Below the pieces are notes generated by a model that did no database searches, was not told the origin of the DNA, and saw only the letters and a program-made list of their open reading frames with translations. A DNA stretch of 64,000 bases from Candidatus Marinacidobacterales bacterium. GTDB lineage: Bacteria > Acidobacteriota > Vicinamibacteria > Marinacidobacterales > DATDRI01. The stretch is from the NCBI GenBank assembly GCA_965219415.1, contig CBDCNP010000002.1, positions 2,560,001-2,624,000 of the forward strand, given 5' to 3'. This document shows, piece after piece, positions 34,740 to 43,942 of the stretch. Made by a program: the position numbers and the translations under genes. Within the stretch, counting starts at the first letter, position 1, and each line of letters begins with the position of its first letter.

Positions 34740-36404
34740 GCAACTCCACGGTGAGTTAGAAGAGCGGAACCAATCCGCAGCTGGCAGCCTGGAGGAAGGC
34801 CTCGAGGAGACGCTGACGTTGCATCGACTCGGCGTGCACGCGGTGCTGGGCCGTTCGTTCAAGACGACGAACTGCCTTGAGTCCGTCAATGCTCTCGTCG
34901 AGGAACGCTGCGCGAAGGTCGACCACTGGAAGAACTCGAGCCAACGTGGGCTTGATCCAGTTTCGTGGACACTTTCTGAAAGGCGGATACGATGTCCACA
35001 ATGGCAAAGACAACGCAGCCCCGGCGACCCCGCCGGGAGTTTGATGACGAGTTTAAGGCAGGCGCGGTCCGGCTGGTGCTTGATGAGGGCCAGAGCGTGG
35101 GTCGGGTGGCCCGGGAGCTTGACCTCACCGAATCGGCGTTTCGCAACTGGGTCCGTCAGGCCCGGGCCGATCGGACGAAGGGCCGGACGGGCTTGACGGG
35201 CGTGGAACGCGAGGAGCTTCGGCGGCTCCGCAAAGAGAATCGGCGGTTGCGGGTGGAGCGCGACGTTTTAAAAAAAGCCGCGGCCTTCTTCGCGAAGGAG
35301 AGCGAGTAAGATTCGCGTTCATCCAGGCGGAGAAGGCCACCGTACCGGTCGTTCACCTGTGTCAGATTCTCAACGTCTCTCGGAGTGGCTTTTATGCCTG
35401 GGTACGTCGGCCGTCGTCGGCCCACGCGCGCCGGGACCGCCAGTTGCGCGTGTTGATTCGTGCCTCCCATGAGGCGAGTCGCCGCACCTATGGGAGTCCG
35501 CGGATTTATCACGACCTGCACGAGCAGGGGTATCGAGTGAGTCGGGAAGCGGGTGATTCGGTTGAAACAGGCAGAAGGCCTCATTGCTCGAGTACGCAAA
35601 CGCTTCAAGCGCACGACGGTAAGCGGTCATGGCCAGCCCGTCGCGGCCAATGTGCTCGGGCAAGACTTCGTCGCCGATGCGCCGAACCAACGGTGGGTCG
35701 GGGACACGACCGAGTTCGTGATCGGCAGCGGCGGGAAGCTTTATCTCGCGGCGCTCCTCGACCTCTACTCGCGATTCCTCGTTGGATGGGCCGTAAGTGC
35801 TATTAACGACCGTCACCTGGTTATCAAGGCGTTGCGGATGGCACTGAAACGTCGCCAACCGGCCGCGGGGCTCTTGCATCACTCCGATCAGGGCAGTCCG
35901 TATGCCAGCAAAGACTACCAACGTCTCCTTGAGACGCATGGCATGACCGGGAGCATGAGCCGACGGGGCAACTGCTACGACAACGCCGTCATCGAGAGCT
36001 GGTTCTCCACGGTCAAGCACGAGCTTGGGGAGCATTTCCTCAGTTGCGGCGAGGCCAAGATGGCCCTCTTCGACTTCATCGAGGTATTCTACAACCAGAG
36101 ACGACGACACTCGACCCTCGGCCAGGTCAGTCCGGCCGAGTTTGAACGACGGATGAGGACTTCGCCAGCTTAACTAAACCGTCTACGAAACCGGATCAAG
36201 CCCAAACGCCAGCGCTGGTTGGCAACGGCGCTCGTAGACATCGAACCGCGCTTGAGGAAGGTGGTGGGCTACCGCCATCTTCCCAAGCTTCGCGAAGCTC
36301 TCAAGCGGGAACTGAAGATCGAGGCGAAGACATCAACCGTATCGAAGAAGAAGGTCGCTTAAACGTGAGCCGTGGAGAGTTTCAACTAAGAATGGGCTTG
36401 ACTC
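34740..36404 (+). mobile_element. 3' remnant of a second IS256-family element, interrupted by IS3
   Basis: SLEEGLEETLTLHRLG...KTTNCLESVN...NSSQ|RQRWLATALVDIEPRLRKVVG; end ...GAATGGGCTTGACTC at 36404. Confidence 0.8.
34947..36204 (+). mobile_element. IS3-family element (~1258 bp), 4-bp target duplication AACG; orfB has an extra frameshift ~35545
   Basis: IRs TGGGCTTGATCCAGTTTCGTGGAC / TGGGCTTGATCCGGTTTCGTAGAC. orfA 34992-35309, TTTTAAAAAAAG slippery tract, WVGDTT/HHSDQG/ESWF motifs. Confidence 0.93.
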
Positions 36405-37755
36405 GGCCAAGGGCCGTGGGCTTTACAATCGTCTTGGGCAGGCGGGTCGTCACCATGCAGATGACCTCCTAGTCGAGAGCGAATATCGAAGCGTGTTCCT
36501 GAAGCTGTTTCCACGCTACGCCTGTCGAGCCCGCCGAGGGGCTACCGTCGCCGGCGACAATCTACGCGGCACGGCAGTAGTAGTTGAGAATGCCCCCAAG
36601 TCGCTCTCGCGACACGATGGGGCTAGTGTCATTCGCGCTTGCCGGCAGAGGTGTGAGGAGCTCGTTGCCGAGACCTTGGTGGTTCCGTTCTGTGTGATAG
36701 TGCACTACGTATTCGGTTACCGCTGTGCGCAGGTGTCGCTCACTGAGAGGTACGAAGCGGTCGAGACACTCTCGACGTATGGAGAGAACGAATCTTTCCG
36801 CATATGCGTTCAGATTCGGACTATTAGCGGGAAGGCGAAGGGGCTTCACGCCTGAATCTCTCAACAGCCCACGTACCGCCTCGGTGAATAGCGGGTCCCG
36901 GTCGTGGATGAGGTATCGCTTGCCAAGGAGGAAACCATCCCACATGTCCGTGAGGTTTCTTGCCACCTGCTTCATCCACTCCCCGTTGGGGTCCGACGTT
37001 ATCCCACCGATGCACACGCAGCGAGTGGCGATATCGATGACAAACAGGACATGGTAGCGGACGAGCCCGAACGGGTTCACCACCTCGACGGGGAACAGGT
37101 CTGTCGCAGCGATGGCACCCCAATGAGCCTTGATGAAGGTGCTCCACGACATGCTCCTGCCCCGGAGCCGGCGCGATACCGTGCTCGGCGAGGAGCCTCT
37201 TGATGGTGTTGCGTCCGAGTTCATGTCCGAGGTTCTTGAGTGCGCCTCGCAGGCGCGTATATCCCCACGTCGGGTTCTCCCGCGCCACGCGCACAATGAG
37301 CTCACGGATGTCCTTCGCCGTCGGAGGTCGGCCTGGGCTCCGGTTCTTGCTGCCATCGTACTTGGCTGCGATGAGGTGGCGGTACCAGCGCACAAGCGTA
37401 GCGGGTGTGGCAACCGACGCAATCTGGGCCAGCGCCTCGCGGCCCAAAGCCTGGGCCTTGACCGCGAGCCTGCGCCGGTCGTCGTCCGAGAGACTGAGAC
37501 GCTTGCCCCGAAGCCCGGCTCGGAGCACACGGTTCTCCTCTTGCAGGTAGTCGATCACATCCTGCTGCTGGCGGTTGACCCAGCCAGCTAGAACGAGCAG
37601 TAGGAATTGCACGTGGTACGTCATCATGGAGCTGAAGATAACACCCTCGGGCCAGACGATTGTAAAGCCTACGGCCCTTGGCCCCGGCGCAAACACAGAC
37701 ACTAAGCTGCTGATTTATGGCCTATTTCAAAAGGGCCGAGTTTTGGCACAGGACG
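36405..37755 (-). mobile_element. Copy of the family-A rve element, transposase frameshifted ~37160, one TIR clipped by IS256
   Basis: Near-identical to 51390-52817, with a small deletion after GIAPAP. Confidence 0.88.
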
Positions 37756-37844
37756 GGATACCATCGAATCTGTATTAGCGGTGGAGCAAGGAGTTTCTTG
37801 AGCCGGGGCACATAGAATCTCCCTTTTGTGCGTCCGCGTGATAG

Positions 37845-37988
37845 GGATCACGGATATACTCAGCCAGAACGTACCCTTGGAGGACGTGCAGTACCTGGCC
37901 GAGACACTCCGATCCCCGGGCCACACAGATCGATGACCGGCGTAGACAGCACGTCACTCGCAACATCGTGGAGCGTGTCTCGATATGA
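37845..37988 (+). pseudogene. C-terminal remnant of a tyrosine recombinase
   Basis: GITDILSQNVPLEDVQYLA..SDPR...DRRRQHVTRNIVERVSI (box II H...Y region, degenerate). Second copy at ~58693-58842. Confidence 0.65.
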
Positions 37989-38542
37989 AAGAAGGACCAG
38001 GGAAGAGAGGCGTCCTTTCGAGGCCTGCTAGCAAGAAAGCCGCCGCACGGCCTCTTTCGGCTCCCCGCAATGAGCCCAAGCTGGTGCCGGTTTCTCTGTC
38101 CGAAGGTGTCCGCCACCAGCGAGTGGGTGAAACGACGGAACGTTCCGCGCATCTCAAAAAACTCAAACAACTCTTCGAGGCGGCTCCGATCAGCCGCTAC
38201 CTGGACATGACACTCGGCTATTGCGAGAACGGCGTGGCGCGCGTGCGTTTGCCGTTTCGGGCCGAGTTCGAAGAAAAGCATGGCGTCATCCACGGGGGTC
38301 TCACCGGTCTGCTGGCCGACACGGCGGGTAACTTCGCGGTGGGTTCGGTCTCGCCGGGCTCCACGGTCAAGACGGTGGAGTTCAAGATGAACTTGCTAGC
38401 GGGAGTCCAGGGAGACCTGCTCGCCATCGGAGAGGTCTTCCGCAAGGGACGCACGCTCGCCACCTGCCGGCTCGAAGTCGTTGGGGACAAGGACTATGTG
38501 GTGGCGATCGGGCTGGCCACTTACGCCCTCCAGGCTGTTTAG
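37985..38542 (+). CDS. PaaI-family thioesterase (hotdog fold)
   Basis: HGVIHGG...LADTA...TVEFKMN...G.V.RKGR.LA motifs. Confidence 0.85.
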   Translation: MKEGPGKRGVLSRPASKKAAARPLSAPRNEPKLVPVSLSEGVRHQRVGETTERSAHLKKLKQLFEAAPISRYLDMTLGYCENGVARVRLPFRAEFEEKHGVIHGGLTGLLADTAGNFAVGSVSPGSTVKTVEFKMNLLAGVQGDLLAIGEVFRKGRTLATCRLEVVGDKDYVVAIGLATYALQAV

Positions 38543-38731
38543 CCATCTGCACCTGTGTCTTCTATTTATTCATCCGCGCGCCCCGAACTTGATCGGTCTC
38601 CGGTCTCCCGGGACCATGTCTGCATGATCTCGTCGTTTGTTCGCGCTCGGCCCTTGGCACGGCCGCAAACACAGACACTAAGTTGCTGATTTATGGGCTA
38701 TTTCAAAAGGGCCGAGTTTTGGCACAGGACG

Positions 38732-39180
38732 GGTTCACAACCTCGACGGTGAACAGGTCTGTCGCAGCGATGGCGCCCCAATGAGCCTTGATGAAGGTGC
38801 TCCACGACATGCTCTTGCCCCGCTCCGGGGCAGGCGCGATACCGTGCTCGGCGAGGATCCTCTTGATAGTGTTGCGTCCGAGTTCTCATGTCCTAGGTTC
38901 TTGAGTGCGCCTCGCAGGCGCGTATATCCCCACGTCGGGTTCTCCTGCGCCACGCGCACAATGAGCTCACGGATGTCCTTCGCCGTCGGAGGTCGGCCTG
39001 GGCTCCGGTTCTTGCTGCCATCGTACTTGGCTGCGATGAGGCAGCGGTACCAACGCAGAAGCGTAGCGGGTGTGGCAACGGACGCAATCTGGGCCAGCGC
39101 CTCGCGGCCCAAAGCCTGGGCCTTGACGGCGAGCCTGCGCCGCTCGTCGTCCGAGAGCCTGAGACGCTTGCCCCGAAGCC
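38732..39180 (-). pseudogene. Internal fragment of the family-A transposase bounded by two family-A ends
   Basis: [19 protein letters not shown]...[10 protein letters not shown]...; both boundaries are A termini. Confidence 0.85.
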
Positions 39181-39558
39181 TGTCCTGTGTCAAAACTCGG
39201 CCCTTTTGAAATAGATCGCAAATCAGCAGCTTAGACGCCCTTGGAATCCGCGCAGAATCCAGGGTATTTCGCGCCGTAGGGCTGGCTTCCGACCCTTGGG
39301 CTGCGGGTGGCGGGCGACAGGCCCACCGGGGGTGCGCACGGCTGGCTCAAATCGGCTGCGGGGCGAGCTGCAGGCAACGAACTGTGCACCCGGAAGGAAT
39401 ACGTATCCGACCGCGATGCCGGATTCAAGCAGCTCTTGGAAAGGTGCAAACTGCTGACCCGATGGGCGTTCGAGTATTTTGACTAGACGGCAATGCCGCG
39501 ACGTAGCTGCGCCACATCGTGAACGACTTAGGTTGTGCCACGGAGGCGAATGCGACCC

Positions 39559-42500
39559 TTAACCTGCACGCTCGAGGACTTTAGTCAGGTCAACCGCCCG
39601 TGCCCGTTGATCCTGTCCCGGCCCACTCTCATTTCCTACTTTGGTGTTTTCGTCCAGGTAGTCTTCGGGGCGGCATGTGAAGACCACGATCTGGATCTTC
39701 TTGGAACTCTCCTGGAGCTTCTGGCGGAACCATTTCATTCGAACGTCATCCGTCTGAGCAAGCTGGTCGTCCAAAAGCAACACGCTCTTGAGCTGCTCGG
39801 CGAGCGATAGTCTGAAGATCGTTGCGAGTTGCTCTCGAGTTCCGACGGAAAGCGTGTCGACCGGCCTTTGGTTGCCGGCCGCCTCCATGCCGGCGGTCTC
39901 CATATTCGGGCCTAGTTCAAGCTGACCGTAGCGTTCTCCAGTGAGCTCTTGGAACCTTTCGGTAATGGGAGCGACGATGCTCTCGCCTAAGTGGGTAGCT
40001 TGGTCTTGCTCGGCCTCATGCAACGTATCGAGAAGGAGTTTCCAAGCTCCGTACTCGGTGTCGAGTTCCGATTCTCTCTCGCGCAGTCGCTGGTGGCGCT
40101 CCCTTGCAGCTTCTAGGCGCTCCCTCGCGACGTCACCTCCTGTCTGGCTCAACGCGCCTCTCGCCTTGGCTAGCGTGCTCTCTACCTGTTTCAGCTCAGA
40201 TTGTTCTCTTCGGAGCTGATCTTCCGCGACTTGGCCGGCGTTGACGTCAATCGGTCCCGTATAGCCCATGGCGCGGACGTCGCTTTCGAGGGCCTCCAGC
40301 TCTTTTTCGAGCCTTGCACACGACAAACGCGCGCCGCGTTCGTCTTCCTGTTCCGCCGCATGACGCCTTTCCTGAAGGCGACCCTGACAGGCGCCGAGAG
40401 CCGTCTTCAACTCGACGATCTCCTGTTCCACGATTACTAGCTTTTCTTCCGCCTGTTCTTGGCGTCTTTGCGCCTGCTCGAGGCGCCCTTCGGCGTCACG
40501 CAGTTGTCCGGTCTGGCCTTCCGTGAGTGCTTGGATCTTCTCCCGAACCGCAAGCTCATCCGAGGAGATCTGAGATAGGTCCGCCCGGGCCTTCTGGAGC
40601 CTATTGCTCCAGTCGGCGCCGAACTGCTCGAGGGCGAGGTCTCTTCTCCGCGAGGCTTCATCGCACTCCTGGGCCTGGGCCTGAAGTTGAGTTTCTTCCC
40701 GCGCAATCTCGACCTCGAGCTGCGCCGCGGCGCGCTTCGCCTCTTCCATTTGCCCCCTGGTTGTGTCGATTAGCCCCCGAAGCTCCGCTCTAGAGGAGGA
40801 GCCTATCGAGGTGCCCTGCTTCTCGAGAACGTCGCGATCAAACGGAGCAAGTGCTTCTTCGAGAGCGGCGTGTTGAGTGCGCAGCTGCTGAGCTTTGGTG
40901 TCGCCGGCGCTCCCCGCTGCAGTGACCTGGGCTTCAAGCGCAACGATTTCTTGCTCGAGCCGCTGAAGGGCGAGCTGCCGCTGGTGATGCTGGCGTACTG
41001 CTTGTCGTAACTCCTCCAGAGTAGCAGCCTTGGCAGCAGCGAAAACCGGCTTGGCTCGAGCATTCCACTCCTGTCTCAATGCACTGAATCGTTCCCGGGA
41101 ATCGGCCTTTCCTCCTGTGACAGCGAACGATCCAAGTCCGGGGATCTCGAGCCGAATCTCGCGTTCCGCTTGGAAATCTTTCTCTTGACTGAAGCTCACG
41201 CTCTGAGGAGCCTCGCCGTCGCGCGATAGCCGTGCCTCAAAGGAGCGTTCGGGCGTGACAACCAGCGAGAGGCCAACACCAGCGCTTGCTTCAGCAGTTC
41301 TCAGCTGGTCTTGCAGCTCCTCGAGCTGAGAGAGAGTGTCGTCATCGGGGAGTTGGCGCTCTGCGTCTATCGCCGTCAGTGCGTCTGCTTCCTCACGCTT
41401 TTCTTGGACCTGCTGCCTTGCGACGTTGGCCCGCTCAGCTGACGATACGACTTGTTGTAGTTGCGTCCCAACCTCTTTGAGCTCGAGCCAGTCGCCAATC
41501 GCGTTCAACAGCTGAAGATTCGAAGCAGCCTCCTCCGCTGTTTTCTTCGATGCGTCCAGTTCTTTGCCGCGTCCCGCAAGAGTTTGTCTCTCGAGCGTCA
41601 GCCGCTGCTCGCGATCCGTAGCTGCGTCTACAAGGTCCTGGATGCCAGCCAGCGCCGTTTCTTTATCGGAGAGCTCCCGCTTTCGCCGATCGAGAGTTAG
41701 TTGAGTCTTCTCTAGTTCGGCCTGGTCGAGTTTGCGCTTTTGCTCACTGGAAGCGTTCTTCACTTCCGCAAGAGCACGTTGAGCCTTTTGGTAGGACGAG
41801 CGTGCCGCGCTGACCTTCGCTGTGGCTTCTTTCCGCTCCTCGTCGAGGTCTCCAAGGTCTTTCTGGATACTTGCCTCTTCCTTTACGGTCTCGGAAACCC
41901 GTCGGCTCAGGTCTTCGATTCGCTCAAGCTCCCGTCGGGCTCCTTCCGCCTCCGTCTTTTTGTCAGCGGCTCCCTTCAGTTTCGCTAGCAGAGTCTTGGT
42001 ATCCGTGAACCGAGCGTCTTGCCGGAGACGCTCGTCCATCAACTCGCTGATACGCTCCCGTGCAGTGTCGCTTGTGGCAAGCGATGCCTCGAGCGTCGCC
42101 TCTGCTTCAGCGGCCTTGCGCACCTCGTCTGCGATCTCGGTGAAGGGTGACGCGCGGCCCCGTTTCTTTCTGCCGGTGTTCGTAAAGGCTTCATCAACCT
42201 TTCCCTGGGTGGCGTTCAAGACGTTCGTGAAAAGGGGATCCTCGGCAATCGCTTGGAGCGCCTCGGTAAGGCGATCTCTGCCGGATTTGTCGTCATCCTC
42301 GCTCAGGTCGGTCCTGAAAACGGACGTAACGTCGTCCTGGTGGGCGAGTAGCACCGTCGTGAGGAAGCTCTCGTGGATACCACGACGACCACCACGCCCG
42401 CCAGGCTCCGGGATTCCCCATTTGAGCAGCTTTCTGACCTCAGCATCGACCTTGCGGCCCTTCGCTTCCGTCGTAAACGACACACCGTCCTTCGAGAACT

Positions 42501-42795
42501 CGAAGATCGAGCTTCCCTTGCTACTTGCTCCGAACGTCTTCCGGAGACGCCAGATGCGCTGTGGCTCGGTTTGGAAGACCAGTTCTACCGAGGGAGCTTT
42601 GTCCGTGCGCCACTGAACATACGGCTCGTGTCCACTGGAAGTGTGCTGCATCAACAGGACGGCACGGATGGCCTCTGCCAAATTGGACTTGCCGAGATCG
42701 TTTGGACCATAGAGAACGTTCAGTCCCGGGCCGAACTCGATATTCGCGGATCGGATACAACCAAAATCCTCGACGTCGAGCCGAATCAAACGCAA
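39559..42795 (-). CDS. Rad50/SbcC/SMC-like AAA ATPase (YhaN/AAA_27-like) with long coiled coils
   Basis: Walker A GPNDLGKS, signature LSVGTREQ, Walker B LLLDD, terminal VFTCR. No CxxC hook seen. TTG start 2 nt after the corrected upstream stop. Confidence 0.88.
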   Translation of the reverse strand: MRLIRLDVEDFGCIRSANIEFGPGLNVLYGPNDLGKSNLAEAIRAVLLMQHTSSGHEPYVQWRTDKAPSVELVFQTEPQRIWRLRKTFGASSKGSSIFEFSKDGVSFTTEAKGRKVDAEVRKLLKWGIPEPGGRGGRRGIHESFLTTVLLAHQDDVTSVFRTDLSEDDDKSGRDRLTEALQAIAEDPLFTNVLNATQGKVDEAFTNTGRKKRGRASPFTEIADEVRKAAEAEATLEASLATSDTARERISELMDERLRQDARFTDTKTLLAKLKGAADKKTEAEGARRELERIEDLSRRVSETVKEEASIQKDLGDLDEERKEATAKVSAARSSYQKAQRALAEVKNASSEQKRKLDQAELEKTQLTLDRRKRELSDKETALAGIQDLVDAATDREQRLTLERQTLAGRGKELDASKKTAEEAASNLQLLNAIGDWLELKEVGTQLQQVVSSAERANVARQQVQEKREEADALTAIDAERQLPDDDTLSQLEELQDQLRTAEASAGVGLSLVVTPERSFEARLSRDGEAPQSVSFSQEKDFQAEREIRLEIPGLGSFAVTGGKADSRERFSALRQEWNARAKPVFAAAKAATLEELRQAVRQHHQRQLALQRLEQEIVALEAQVTAAGSAGDTKAQQLRTQHAALEEALAPFDRDVLEKQGTSIGSSSRAELRGLIDTTRGQMEEAKRAAAQLEVEIAREETQLQAQAQECDEASRRRDLALEQFGADWSNRLQKARADLSQISSDELAVREKIQALTEGQTGQLRDAEGRLEQAQRRQEQAEEKLVIVEQEIVELKTALGACQGRLQERRHAAEQEDERGARLSCARLEKELEALESDVRAMGYTGPIDVNAGQVAEDQLRREQSELKQVESTLAKARGALSQTGGDVARERLEAARERHQRLRERESELDTEYGAWKLLLDTLHEAEQDQATHLGESIVAPITERFQELTGERYGQLELGPNMETAGMEAAGNQRPVDTLSVGTREQLATIFRLSLAEQLKSVLLLDDQLAQTDDVRMKWFRQKLQESSKKIQIVVFTCRPEDYLDENTKVGNESGPGQDQRARAVDLTKVLERAG

Positions 42796-42797
42796 TG

Positions 42798-43942
42798 CTA
42801 ACTCCGCTTCGCAAGTTGATAGAGATGGTAGAGTGCGCGTTGCGCGAGCTCCGGATCAGTTTTTCCGCTTCCTGAAGGCGATCCACGACCGATGCGAGAA
42901 TGTTCGGGAGCTCTGCACGGAGCTCGTCGGTTCGGGTGGTATCCAACGTCAGATCATCGTGGTCCACTTGCAGAACACCAACTCGGCCATGAGCCGCCGT
43001 CGTTCCTTTCAACTCACGGAGTACTTCTAGGACCTTGTCGTATTCGGCAAGGGAAACGCTCATGTTCAGGTGAAGGCGAATAACGCTTTGATTTAGGTCT
43101 TCATCTCGCAGACGTAGCAGACTCTCGACGTCAGTCACACTCTCCTCACGCCAGGTCCACTTGCCGACGGTCTCTCGACGAATGTGCGGCCGCGACCTCC
43201 GACGGGGAAAGAACACGATAGCTACGTAGCCGGCGTCTTCCTCTCTGAACTTGGTTTGCTCAGGCGCGCTGGGATAAACGGTGGGTACACGGGCGCCGGG
43301 AGGCACTTCCCGGAAGCTGTGCGTGTCTCCAATCGCGAGGTAGTCGAAACCTTGCCGCTCTGCGGCGTCCTCCGCGATCGGAAAGTTCGTTTGACACCCT
43401 TTGATGTCAAAGGTTTGTCCGTGCACCATGCCCACACGAATACGATTGTCGCCGGCGGCCCGGGAAGGTAGCACCAATGCCAAGTCCTCTTCGCCCGCCT
43501 GAGATCGACACGGCCTTGCACAGAGAACCGCCTCCGAGTTGAACTCGTATTCGAAGTCATCTCGATCGACGACGTGCACCCACGAGGGGAGACCCTGCCG
43601 AAACGGATGCTCTGGCGCATACACCGAGCTGCTCGTCAGGGGGTCGTGATTTCCGGGGAGTAGAAAGACCGGTCGTGAAGCCCAGTGACGCTTTTCGAAG
43701 CAGCGGAGAAGTCCGCTCCACCACTGCTTCTCAGGGGAGGGGTCGTCAAAGAGATCGCCAGCGCACAGGACTCCGTCCACGGAATAACGCTCCGCCACGC
43801 CGAGTAACCGGTCCACAGCTTCGAGTCGCGCGCGCGTGAGTTTGAGCTCGTCGGCATCGTCGAAGGACGAGAAACGCATCCCTAGATGCCAATCGGCCGT
43901 ATGCAACAGCTTTAGCGCCACATCTTCCTCCGGAACACTCAT
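42798..43942 (-). CDS. Mre11/SbcD-like metallophosphoesterase nuclease (one-base shift in A run ~42860)
   Basis: DWHLG, AGDLFD, PGNHD, VHG and GDTH motifs. Adding one A gives EAEKTDPELAQRALYHLYQLAKRS* ending at 42798. ATG overlaps the SNF2 stop (ATGA). Confidence 0.88.

Noticed and set aside
37575-37778. Recurrent small ORFs containing KPTALGP.ANTDTKLLIYGLFQKGRVLAQDG, or SSHQHLMAEAP / MISSFVRAL
   Set aside because: These are translations of the non-coding TIRs and MITEs or of transposase stubs, not a peptide family.
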